A program made the position numbers and the translations under genes. Source: Schmidtea polychroa (taxonomy: Eukaryota). Taken from it: a stretch of 64,000 nt of DNA. Below, piece by piece: positions 24,716-36,961 of this stretch. The stretch's first letter is position 1; every line of letters starts with the position of its first letter. The stretch is taken from the NCBI GenBank assembly GCA_044892525.1, contig CM097886.1, forward strand, positions 77,996,001-78,060,000, in the 5' to 3' direction. The notes beneath the pieces were generated by a model. The model was not told the DNA's origin and made no database searches. It was given only the letters and a program-made list of their open reading frames with translations.

Positions 24716-27700
24716 TTATTAGTAAGTAGTTCTTTTATCCATTGGAGAAGGCGGTTGTTAATCAGTGAAGAAAAGATTCGGTATAAGGTGTTTATAATAG
24801 AGATAGGTCGCCAGGAGCTAGCTTCATGACTTACTTCAGATTTTCCGCCTCTAGGATTAATTTAGAGCGAAATATTTTCCAGGGTGATGGAAATGTTACT
24901 TTAAAGAGGAGATTGTTAAATAGAGAGAGAAGAAATTTATAATCAGGTGATAGTTTTCTCAGGTAAAACAAATATATGTTGTCCATCTGGGGCGGTGTTT
25001 TTAAGTTGAGCGAATATTTGTTTTATTTCATCGATGTCGAAAGAATCAGAGGAGAAAGTTTCCGAAGAATACGGTAATTTAATTAATGAGCTAGGTGAGC
25101 ATACTGTAAGTTTTCCTGCAAAATTTTTCAGGATATTGCATATAGTCGGTTTCTGGAAATGAGGATCATCTTTAAGGATTTTAGCAATTTCGTCCTTTGG
25201 AATAAAAGTTTATTTTTTGATTTTAATAAAATGTAGTTCATTTTGGTTTTTGTTTTTTTGTGAATAATGTCAAAGGGCTTTTTAATTGAATATTTCAATG
25301 GGTTGATTTTTCCATTGATCTTTTCCATTTTAGAGAGGGTTGAATCACTGTCAATTTTATTTTCTGTGAGATTAAATATAATATTGGTAATGGATTGGCG
25401 GTATTTTCGTATGTCGGTGTTGGTTTATCTATTTTTAATATATATACTGATGATTGATTTTATTTTAGAGGTCATAGAAGGGATCTTTGGTGCAGTAAAG
25501 GAAGTTTTATTAATAAGGCATTCGATTAGATGAAATATAAAGAAGGCAGATTCAAATGTGTCATTGCAGCGGGGGTATTCAAGTTTTTTTAGCTCAATAG
25601 AAATAAGCATAACAAGTTTTTGGAGGTCCAGAATAGTTTCAAGTACGTTTTTGGCTAAATTTGAGTGTGAAGATAAGCTATTGTCAAGTAGTGGGTCAAT
25701 ACTAAGTAGGGTTGGCAATCCCGTGCTATATTTTCAATCCCGGGATTTTTAAATACATGTTCTTGAAATATATTAACATACTATTTTAACCAAATTAAAA
25801 GAAAAAGAAAGAGATTAATTTTGTTAAAATAATATGTTAATATATTTCAAGAACAGGTATTTAAAAAAAATGACACATTCAAAAATAAGTTTATAAAAAA
25901 TAGTTTATTAAATTATAAAGAAAATAAATGTTTTTATAATATTATACATCAAATTCATTATGTTTATAATATTCTTAATTAATAAATTATAAAGAGTTCA
26001 TTGTTAAAGTTACATTTTTAATTATTAAATAATTATAAAAAAATACCTAATTATTCTTTGTTATTTTTAAAATAACTTTTAAGAAAGCATAGTGCATCCA
26101 AAGTTTCATCGCCCATACGACTTCTTATTTTCGTTGCAAAAAGTCCGGCCGCAGAAAAGGCACGTTCGGACTCTACACTGGTTGGTTTGATTGTCATTTG
26201 AAAATCATACGCTCTTTGCAAAAAATCACCACGTGTTCCTCCATTTTCAAACAATACCATTTCCTTTTGAATTTTCGCTGACAGCATCTCACATCGAATT
26301 GGCATCTTCGGAAAATGTGCTTGTTTTATAGCTTTATTGAGCTCGTCTGCAATAGTTAAAGGTTGTTCAAGAGAAAAGGAAAGAGATTCAGATGGAGAAT
26401 CAGAAGAATCTGAAACAATTTCGATAGGTGCCTCATTTGAAACAGAAGATTCAACTTCGGACTCATGAGCTGTTAGTGTTGTAGCTGGATTTGCAGCATC
26501 TAGTCTTTCGAGTAACTCAACTATTATTTTGCGACATTTTACGGCAGATGGAACTGTTACGAGCGCTATTTCAGATTCGGACTGAACGTTTGTCCTACCA
26601 TTATGTAAATACTGAAGTACACCACTGATATCTGTCCGCCTTTGTTGCATGCGAAGAATGAGAGCTGAATGCAATTTTTGACATATAACGTTGTTAGAAT
26701 CTTTAAGTTTTTTTAACATATAAGTTATAGCAACATCGGCTGTGAACAGACTAGCATCCCGACGAAAAAGGGCCTCGACTGTTGCTTTTACTGGTACTAG
26801 AGCACTAATGATAGAAGATATCATTTTAAGCTCATCATTAGATAAAGCAAATGATTCACCTTCAGGTAGACTTTGTCTATCAATGCCTTTTGAATACAAT
26901 TTTTTAATAAATAGATATGTTCAAGCATTGACAAAAGGCTGTTCCACCTAGTCTTGCAATCTTTTATTAGATTTATTTGCTTCCCAAATTCAGTCGCAAC
27001 ATATTTCTGCAAGATATCGTTTTTTGTTGGCGATCGTCTGAACATTACTATCAATTTTCGTACCTTTTTGATCACTGGAGCGGAATTTATCTCAGTAACA
27101 TCACTTTGGTTTCCTCCATGCCTATGACCAGAATCGAGATCAACCAATTCTTCGTTGTCAGAAAAAATTTCATCGTCGTTACTCTCCGAAAAATCGTGTT
27201 CTACTTCTGATTGTTCGTCTTCGTCGAATTGCTCATCTGTTTCTATATTTTGCTTTTGATATAGTACTTCAATTACGGCCAGTTGCACACCAGGGGAAAA
27301 CATAATTGTTGATTTACAGGTAATAATCTCCAAACTTTTTTCATTACACTTGCTCCGTCAGTCATAATTCCGACGATATCTTTTCGCAAATCAAGTCCAT
27401 ATTCTGCGAGCTTTTGTTCTAGGAGCTCAATACATTTATCTGCAGGCATTGATCCTGTTATTCGAATTAAGCCTAAGCTCCAGAACTGACAATTTTGAGC
27501 ATGTAAATTAATATTCATGTACCGACGGTTACGTAGTGATGTCCATTCATCAAACGATAAGGAAAATCTCTCACCAACACCGAATTGTGGGTTTTTTTTG
27601 CCATCTATTTCCGTAATTAATGAATTCTTAATTTTTTTGCTGTAATCTACAACTATTTTGCGCACTGTGTTGACTGTTGTAGGTAAACTATTGAATCCTG

Positions 27701-30530
27701 TTGCTATAAGACCTGCATGTAAATCAGAAGAACGGCATATAACGTTAAATGAAATCCCATCAAGTGCGGTTAACCTTGCAAGTGTAGCAGGAAGTGATTT
27801 TTCTTCTCGTTCCAGCATTGGAAAATACTTGGTTAACGTTTTCGATTTTTTTGTTGGTGGTTCATCTGATGTGTTAGCCGAAGTAGTAGCTGTTGTGATG
27901 TTAATTTTATGGAAGGAAAGTAGATGCGTATGGAGACCTTTCGTTGACCCACCCCCAATTTTTAGAATTTTTTTGCAGTCAGTATACTTACACATCGCTG
28001 TCTGCCCTTTTTCTTCTCGTAAAAAATGTTTCCAAACAGCAGAATTTTCTTTTCATGGTCTATGTAAGAAGCCATTATATTTTTAAAATTTGTTGTTCAA
28101 ATAGTGCGAATGATAATTTAATTAAATCTACACTTTAAAATAATCAAAAACAATAACACGTGAAAACAATTATATACTAATTACGTCTGAGCGCCAACAA
28201 AAAATTTTAAGAATATAATTACAAATTGAATATTGAAAAAAAAAGTTCCAAGAATTTCGATTTTTAAAATTTATATATTTTAAGAATTTGAATGCAAAAA
28301 AAATTCCAAGTATTTTCTATATGACAAAATTCAAATCTCAACCGAAAAAATTTAAATTTGAAAATGTTCAACCAAAAACGATTGTTTTAAAGAATTTTTA
28401 AGGAAACTGTAAGGTATTTTTCCTTTTAGGCTTAAAAGTCAAATCCCGGGATCAAGTGCTCGATCCCGGGATTTCGGGATTGCTAAAAATTGCGGAATCC
28501 CGGGATTCCGAACCCTAATACTAAGTGCAAGTTTTCGTCGTTTATCGAGGAAAAAGAAAAGCCTGCAATTCTGTCCATTACCCATGGGCATAGTAATTTC
28601 ATTCCATTTTGCAAATTCATTAAAAGGAAAAGTGGAGAAGAAAGTTCTATAGTTATGCTGGATAAGATCATTTCCGATGAAGGGGTCTACAATGATGGTA
28701 AATTTTTTAAGGACATAGGAATCGATGTAGGCTTTAATTGCATACTGTTACCATCATGCTTATTCGCCTTCTATATTGGGTGAGAATAGAATGTCATCAG
28801 GTAAGGAGCGTTTTGTGGTTTCACTGTCCGAGATATCGAAAGTACTCTTGAGTTTCAAGTATAGGGCCCAGTAAATTTTCGTTATTTAGGTCATCGATTT
28901 CAACACTGCATTTGACAGTGGGTGGGGGTTTGGTAAAGGTGTGAGAACAAGGTTGCCGATGGGTGGAGTTTATATGATCTCTGATCATATCGAAAGGTAT
29001 CCATAGACCACAGAAGCAATAGATTTCCGGATATGTCAAGTCGTAGGTGAATTTTTTGTGGAATTTTGTGATATGATGTGAGATGGTTTTGGTAGAGGAG
29101 TTGGGATCAAGTTAAATAAGGCATCTAGCACAAGTTTTATTATAAAAGTGACAGGTGATTTTGTTGGTGATATTCAGATACTTACTCGTTTTAACAGCTT
29201 TCTGTCAGTTTGTATTAGATGGTCAAAGTAGTCGATACCATGGATATCTCGTGCATGTGTGATCAAACTGGATCTATCGTACAGGGATATTGATATTGAA
29301 TCGCAACACGGTACTTTGAAATTTGGTCTGCGTCTGCATTTGCCTCTACCTTCAAGATAGAACAAGTTAGTATCGTTTTGTTGGCGTTCAATATCATTTT
29401 TAGGGTAGTAGTACTACGCATATGCTTTAAAGGCGTTTCTGAGTGAGATAGTCAGGAGGAGGTTATGGCATTTGATCTGTAACTATCTGTACTTCTTTGT
29501 TTTAGACTTCCATTTAAGAATCCAGCCAAAAGAGGATTTGTGCTTCATCTCCTAGGTCAGTGACTTGAAGTTCCATCAGGTAAGATATGGTTTATGGGAG
29601 TTGGAGTTATTGGGGTGGATGTCTGAAGGAGAGTTGATACAATGGGGTTTTGGAAAGAGGGGGTGGAGTTGTCAGAAAGTATTATGTCATCAAAATCTGT
29701 TGTTTTTGATGTTTTTGAATTATGGAGGTCAGGGTTTATGAAGGAAGATGTATTTTCAGGAGATGATGGTAGTATGGCAGTATTATTAAGGTTTTGTAGA
29801 GTGGGGCAATCAAAATCACAAGAGGGAGATTGTTGGTTATATATTTGTAGAGTTTTCATCTAGCGGTGAAGGTTTAATAAGTGTAGACATTGTACAGGGA
29901 TCTTCGTAAGCATTGTCATTATCAGACGATTGAGATTTATAGTAGGAATTCTATAATTTATTAAATTTATTATAATATGAATATTTGTATTTAATTTTAT
30001 TCAATATGTTAATTTTATACTAGAATTTATTTTAATCTTGCATTGGGAATCTGAGTTTATTTATTTTATTAATGTCTTTATCATGACATTTATTAGTTAG
30101 ATTATTAGTTGTTTTATTAATTATAGGTGCGTTGGTTGGAGGTTTATTTATAGTAGGTATTGGGATTGGTTTTGAAAAATGGGGTCTAAGTGAGATATTA
30201 AATGTCTATACATGTCTATTGTCTGTTACTGATAGTTGAGTATTGTTAATGATGCTATTTTTATAGGATTGGTGATTATGGTATTGTCTTTGGAAGATGT
30301 AAGGCAAGTATTATCAGTAGTAGATGTTTGTTGTAGGTCAAGAGGTGAGCAGGTTGTTCAAAGATTTAGTGAAAGGTTTCATTGATATTCATAAGGGTCA
30401 AAATATGATCTGGAATTTTTTTTGAAAGTTTGCCAATACAGGTTGTTGAATTTAGTCATATGTTTCTTGAATTGTTTATTTGAGTATTTATTGGTGTTTG
30501 GTTACGGCTTCTGTACGTGTATGTCATGGT
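24716..30530 (-). mobile_element. Degraded early-branching (R2/NeSL/R4-like) non-LTR retrotransposon, 3'-truncated and split by a hAT insertion
   Basis: RT N-terminal motifs LFNNLL..FPSPW and SSWRPISIINTLYRIFSSLINNRLLQWI (about 24720-24930). Upstream fragments with C2H2-like zinc fingers (PCC...DRSSLITHARDIH, 29174-29365; YCFCG...RDHINSTH, 28821-29039) and a S/T/P/N-rich N-terminal region. Boundaries approximate. Confidence 0.65.
25707..28517 (-). mobile_element. hAT DNA transposon, 2811 bp, with frameshifted BED-finger transposase
   Basis: TIRs TAGGGTTGGCAATCCCG / CGGGATTCCGAACCCTA; perfect 8-bp TSD ATACTAAG (25699-25706, 28518-28525); subterminal ATCCCGGGA repeats; BED finger VWKHF..CKYTDC..HLLSFH; LSFDEWTS, TDGASVM, DCKTRWNSL, PTSVESERAFS in three overlapping ORFs (27273-27995, 26821-27333, 26051-26899). 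Confidence 0.96.
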
Positions 30531-32679
30531 CTATAGGTGGTTGATTGCTATTAGCGTTTGGTAAAGTGGTAGGGCTATTGTTTTGGGGTCTATGTAGATT
30601 AGCGAATCAGCCAGAGGTCGATGAACTGCGTTTGTTAACACTAAATTGGTATCCTGCACACCATCATCGATCAAGTTACCCGTGCATAACGTCGGAATCA
30701 ACCTGCAAAGGGTGCGTGGAGACCGCTTCTTTTCCGTCACCTCAGAAATTGTTAACACGGGTACAAGTCTATTATAACCAAATATTGTTCAACAACCAAC
30801 TGCAAACAAGCCACAGTAGCTACAATGAAACCAAAACGGAAGCAATAAACGCGAGCCAGACGTAGTAAACGCCGGAAAATCAGGCAAGCGAAGGCCGAAA
30901 CACATATAGCGCCACGGCAGCAGCAGAAGTAATCGAAGCAATGAGTGCTAACAAGTCCGATAAGTTCCGGATAAAAGCAGCCACGGGAACTCCATGGCAT
31001 GAATAGTTCAATCAGGAGTCAGACTTAGATACTCTGCTTGCGGAGGCCGAAGCCAGTAGCTTCTGAGAAGTTCATCCAACATAGAGCTCATCATTGTGAA
31101 CTGATTTTTAACTTCGTAGTAATTGAAATCCACCTCTGACTATCTCTTAAATGTTGTTGTCATAATGTAAATAAAGTTTTGTGTTATACACCTTTAAATT
31201 TTCCGAAGCGGTTCAGTATAATTATTTTCCTTTGTCATAAAAGTTTGGGAAACTCCTGAGAAGTAGGTCATAGTCAGACCCTCTTGAACTTGAATGACGT
31301 AAGTCCTTCTATCGGAAATTGGAAAGATAGAGTAGAAACGCCGTCGAGGAGTAGTCCTAAGACAGGGGCTCACCTGCTCAACGAGTTTCGCCAGCTTGGT
31401 AGAGTACCAACATGATGCGAATCATAGGTACCTCGTCGTTAAGAACAACCATTTGGAGTCCCATTAGCGCATGACATCTGGGATTATATGTTATGGTAAA
31501 AGACATTCATCCGGTAGGGTCAGGTCAGTGATGAGTCGACCTGATAGTGCTCCAGCAATAGAGAATTTCTGCGCGGATCGGAAAGCGGAACTGTTGCAAA
31601 TGGAGATCACTGAGAGCGAGCAAAAAGACTCAAGGACCAGGTTTCAATCGAGAGTCATAACAAACACAATCAATTGATTGAGCAACTGCAAGCACACGCC
31701 ACCCAAGACTGAGCAGAAATCAGGGCTTTAAAGGTAAAGATTCATCAACTGGAAATCTAATTCAACCAGGAGGATATAGACCAATAGATGGTGAATCAAG
31801 TGCATCTGATGGTTGACTTGGAACCTCTTTAGCGAATCGACTGAACCATCAAGAGGTGAAACCAAGAACAGGGTCAGTTCAAACAGGAAGTCAATGCAAT
31901 TCAAAGTTGTACTATACAATTTTTCATGTATAAATAGTTCATTTCTCATTGATTTTCTGACGTCAATCGAAAATTTATTTTTAGTATCCACTTATAAATT
32001 TTCCAGATCTCATGAATTCACCTCTTTTCCATTGAGAACTTCTAGGATAATACAAACATTGTCGTGAATCGCTTGTAAAGGACGTCAACATTTCCATGTT
32101 CAATTATCAATTATTCTCTATTTGAGTTAGTACTATTTTTATTTCATTTTTTGAGAAATAACAAAAATACTATTTTTACCCGCGTAAATGGTTGATTTAA
32201 AATTTGTTGAAGAAAATGTGTATTTGTTTTTTCTTTTATTTTTTGATATTCTTCCTTCTTTAATTTGATATGTTCGTTGGGACTAGTCAAATAATACTTT
32301 GGATATTTGTAGCTTTAATTCTCACTTTGTGTAGATGTTTTATCTTATTTCATCGATGGTGCTATATACTGATATGTATTTTGGGGCATGTATAGGAAAT
32401 GAATCCTTTTCAGTGGCTAGTCATGACAAATACATGACAAATATGATCTTGTGAAAACGATTTACAAAATATTCTAAAAATTTTTATCATTAAACTAGTT
32501 TTTATATATCTTAAATATAAATAAAATACTTTACTGCTTGATCATATTTCTGTGTTTTAATACATCAATTCATATTTTTGAAGTCAAATATTTCAAATGA
32601 TATAATTTTAAGTAATTTAAATGATAATTATATTATTTATGATAATATTCTTTTAATATTGCATCTATCTCAAATAAAT

Positions 32680-33534
32680 ATGTTCAAATATCAAGATAAA
32701 GAAAATGTATTAAATGATTTTCTATGTGGTGGAGCAGCAGCAATGATAAACATATGCATATTGTATCCATTTTATAAAACTATTTTCTTTCAGCAATTAG
32801 ATAATTTAACATGGAATCAAGCTGCTCTGAGATTGTTCAAAGAAGGACCGAACAATTTATATAGAGGATTATTACCTCCATTAATTCAAACTTCAGCTAC
32901 TAGATCAATAATGTTTGGTGGGTATGGGAAAACTAAATTAACTTTAGATAATAAAGAAATTATAAAAAATCCTATTATGAAAGTGCTTATATCAGCTATT
33001 TCTGCTGGGATTTTAGAGGCTATGATGATGCCATTTGAACGAGTTCAGGTTCTTTTACAAAATAAAATGTATAATGATAAATTTAAACATACATATCATA
33101 CATTTAAAGTTTTGGTTAGTAATCATGGATTTAAAGAGTTATATAGAGGATTTAGAGTTGTATTGCTTCGAAATTCTATTGGAAATGCAATCTATTTTAA
33201 CGCATGTGACAGATTTATTTCTAAATCTAAATTGATATTCAAACATAATGCTATTGCTTGTCATTTTAATAATTTCCTAATTGGTGGGATTTTGGGAGCC
33301 TGTATTAGTCTTTTTATTTATCCATTGAATGTTGTTAAAACCAGACAACAGAGTTCTATCGGTGGAACTTTTCAATCAGGAATAACTGTTGTTTGTAAAA
33401 TCTATTCAGAAAGAGGAAGATCTATTACTCAGTTATACAGAGGTTCTCCTGCGAATTGTGTGAGATCTCTTGTGTCTTGGGGTATTATAACAATGGCCAA
33501 TGAATTTTTGAGAGATAGTAAAATTTTTTTATAA
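32680..33534 (+). CDS. SLC25A51: Mitochondrial carrier, SLC25A51/MCART1-like (NAD+ transporter family), single exon, 284 aa from ATG 32680
   Basis: Three carrier repeats: DFLCGGAAAMINICILYPFYKTIFFQQ, LYRGLLPPL..SIMFG, MPFERVQVLLQ, YPLNVVKTRQQ, LYRG...RSLVSWGIITMANE. The ORF-track TTG start at 32578 is probably UTR. Confidence 0.88.
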   Translation: MFKYQDKENVLNDFLCGGAAAMINICILYPFYKTIFFQQLDNLTWNQAALRLFKEGPNNLYRGLLPPLIQTSATRSIMFGGYGKTKLTLDNKEIIKNPIMKVLISAISAGILEAMMMPFERVQVLLQNKMYNDKFKHTYHTFKVLVSNHGFKELYRGFRVVLLRNSIGNAIYFNACDRFISKSKLIFKHNAIACHFNNFLIGGILGACISLFIYPLNVVKTRQQSSIGGTFQSGITVVCKIYSERGRSITQLYRGSPANCVRSLVSWGIITMANEFLRDSKIFL

Positions 33535-35255
33535 TTATAAAAACTTGGAAATCGATGTTAAGCCATTTTCTAATTTGTAGAATATTTTTTTACTTTATCT
33601 GTAAATTGTGAATCTTTTGAAAACAAATGTGGCTTGTATGATTCGGCTATGTAAATGATACATTTTTATTAATAATTTTTCTAGTAATTTAATTAAAATA
33701 TTTGTCAAAATAGTAAATTCTGTTTTGAGTATATATTAGAGATTAGCAAACGGAATATATTGACTATTATTTAATTCTAATCAATGTGAAATTTACAAAT
33801 TAAATGGAAATTGAATATCGACTAAGTTCCAAATAACAAAAATGATTTAATTGTATTGATTATAAATTTGATTGTTAATTGGAAGGTTAAGCCGTATTTG
33901 AGAACGAAGATAACAGGAACACAAGTAACACTGGTGATGTCAAGTTTGGTGGAGCCAGAAAACAAAGGTGAGAGCCTCTGAATTAATATTCCCTGGTTAA
34001 ACGGGTCGATAGAAGGTTCCTTAGCGGTGTCCAATTAAACCTGTCCGTTATTAATCAATAAAGTCGGTTAATTTCTGACTTCCCGTTTCCCTTTTATAAA
34101 ATCATATAGCTAAAACCCAGCACAACAAATTGATTAATTCAACGATTAACAAGATAACCAATGGAATGTCGCCATGTCTGGAATGTTACACTGATTTCAA
34201 TAAGATCTAATTGATACACAATTAGCTTAGTTTCTTTTCAAATAGTTCGTTTAATTGCTGTTGTCATCGCCCAAATGAAAATTTGCTTCTCGACTTCTCT
34301 CCTCGTTGAAAAGAATTTAATTATCTGCGAACAATTTTTTAGCTCTTTCGGGCTATTTCGACCACATCGAAAATTGAACAGTTTCAATTATGGAAATCTT
34401 TTTAACCAATTTAGGCAATAAACAACAGAGTAATGACATAGTCTGAGTATTTTGACCCCCTATGGGTACCATGGGGACTCGTACTTCACACACAACCAAT
34501 TTTTTGGTGCAATATTAATAAAAAATTGGTTCAAATTCTATTAATTCGGTGCGTCATTAAGGGGCAGTCATTAATTTTGTATTTCAAAATATATATATTA
34601 TTATAGTAGCATGCGGTATTATGTAATATATTTGTGTTGATGAGTGCGTGTGTCTGTTAGGAAATTTGATGAACCCGACAGAGTCTCCGTTAAAATTTGT
34701 GGCGGGACAATCGGGGTGCGTGTGTATCTGCGTGCTTACCAAACACAAATAAAAATGAATAATAAATCAACAATAACTGATACCAAACAATAACAAATTT
34801 TATTAATAAAATAAATAAAATAATACGCACTTATGTGGAGCTTAATACGAAGGGATTTTCGTAAATTGACAGAAGATGTTGATTAGGAATGTTATTTATA
34901 ATAGGTAAGCTACTGATACTAGTAAGACAATCGCCAGTGAAAATTTGCTATAGGATTCTATAAAGGATCCTGAGATTAGAAAGTTCTACGACTAATCTTC
35001 TACGAGAATTGATTTGGGCAATTGTATTTCTTAATGTTTCTTTTTCTATAGCTTTTTTTCGAGTTATATTCCTTTTTGATTGTTTTGAAATTGGAAGTTT
35101 TAATCTAATTGCTTCCTCGGATTGTATACCTTTTTATTCTTTTGAAATTATAAACTTTGATTTAATTGTCTTATCGGATTGTATTCCTTTTCGTTAGCTT
35201 GAAATTTTAACTTTGTATTCTTTTGTTATTGATTTTTTTCCGATTTGTCAATTTT

Positions 35256-35295
35256 TATATAGCGATAATTTACCATAGTAAATTATCGCTATATA
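35256..35295. repeat. Perfect 18-bp hairpin with 4-nt loop
   Basis: TATATAGCGATAATTTAC-CATA-GTAAATTATCGCTATATA. Confidence 0.92.
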
Positions 35296-36545
35296 GTATT
35301 TTTTATTCCTTTGCCATTACGGCTTACCCTCAATAAAATAACAAGATGTCGCGAAACCTTGTTTAAAAATAAATAAAATATATGACTGTACATTACATAT
35401 ATGTATATAATCGATTTTATTTAGAGGAGTTTAATGACGTATTTATCATTTTCAATTTTTTTTGATGTATGTTGAGTACAACCAGTCCCCATGTGACCAG
35501 GTCTTTAAGCTTAATTAAGTATTGATATGAGCTTGAGTCATCTAATAATTAATCCATACATCAGATAGGTATATCCAGGGCCGTGGAAAGCATGGCCGGG
35601 CCCTTTATCGATTTTTATAATATTTTTCATTAATCTAAATTGTTATGTGTTTTGTATCATATTATACACTATAATACTAATTCGTCAATATTTCTAATGT
35701 CAACCGGAAATTAGATCGACCATTTCTTTACGATAGTTGGCCATTGTATAGTCATTTTTTCAGTTCTATTTTCATTAATTCGGAATTATCGACAGTTAGG
35801 TGTGGGGAAAATGTCAGATGAGATCCATTTCTCTATTACGACAAAAGTCTGAGTCCTAAAGCGAATCCCATGATATGATTAGATCCTCGATTGGTGGTTC
35901 CTAAAATAGCGCTGGTATTTGTTCTGACGATGGCAGCAGGGTAAACAGATTAAGTTTAAAAGAAACTTTCCTTGGTGCACTTTATCTTAGTCGTATCCTT
36001 ATGACATCCAAAAAAATTGGTCACTGAAAACTCTATTTCACACTCGTTGTGTTTCAAACGGTTGTCGTAAATAAAATTTTAATCATGGCTAGGTTTTGCA
36101 CTCGTCTATGCACTGGTGGTTATTACGACGGTCATACCTATAATAAATATTTTTCTATTGTTTGCTGTGGAAATCTATCTAGTGGTTTGATCGTGTGTAT
36201 TTCTCTTTCCTAGAAAATTCCCCTTATTCTGAACTTCTACCTATCATCTCTTTGACACTGATGAATATAAATTGTCCTAATTATCATTTCCCTGTACTAA
36301 TGATTTTTCCCGAGACAAATTCTTTCCTACTCTTTTTAATAAAAGGTCTGTCGCTGATGTGATTTTAGCCTTTTTCTACTACTCTTTTAGAACTTCAATC
36401 ACTCATGCGACACAAACATTTTAGGGGGTCAATCACAAGGTGTCCTCCACCTGGCTGATCTGTCGGTCATCCAGGATTTTTACCTTCACGGGTTATCCGT
36501 TTCTGTTGGTCGGGCCTCAGGTGGACAGACGTGTTCTCTAACTAA

Positions 36546-36961
36546 AGGTTCACAGACAAAAGGTTCACGACAAAATGTTCACAGACAAAAGGTTCATGGA
36601 CAAAGGGTTCATGGACAATAAATCCAAAATAAATAAATCCAAATGTGAATGAATTGTTGTTGTTATACATTTTATTTTCTAAAAGCATGCTTTGTTTATT
36701 TTACAATACCTATAAATCAAAATATTATTTAATGCTGGTGGTAAATAAAGTTTTGTTAACGAAAACATTACAATTTCTATTTTTTTGCATAATATATTTT
36801 GTGTTATTGTCATCTATATACTGATTTTGATACAAATAAAGTTTATTATGTTCAAAATGACTAAAAGTCAAACCCACTTTTTAAAATTTTATTTTGTAGA
36901 CCATTTGTCCATGGCCCATTTGTCTTGAACCATTTGTCTGTGAACATTTTGTCGTGATACC
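36546..36961. mobile_element. MITE whose long inverted ends are built of ~15-bp tandem subrepeats
   Basis: Left end GGTTCACGACAAAATGTTCACAGACAAAAGGTTCATGGACAA mirrors right end TTGTCTGTGAACATTTTGTCGTGATACC; AT-rich core. Confidence 0.75.
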
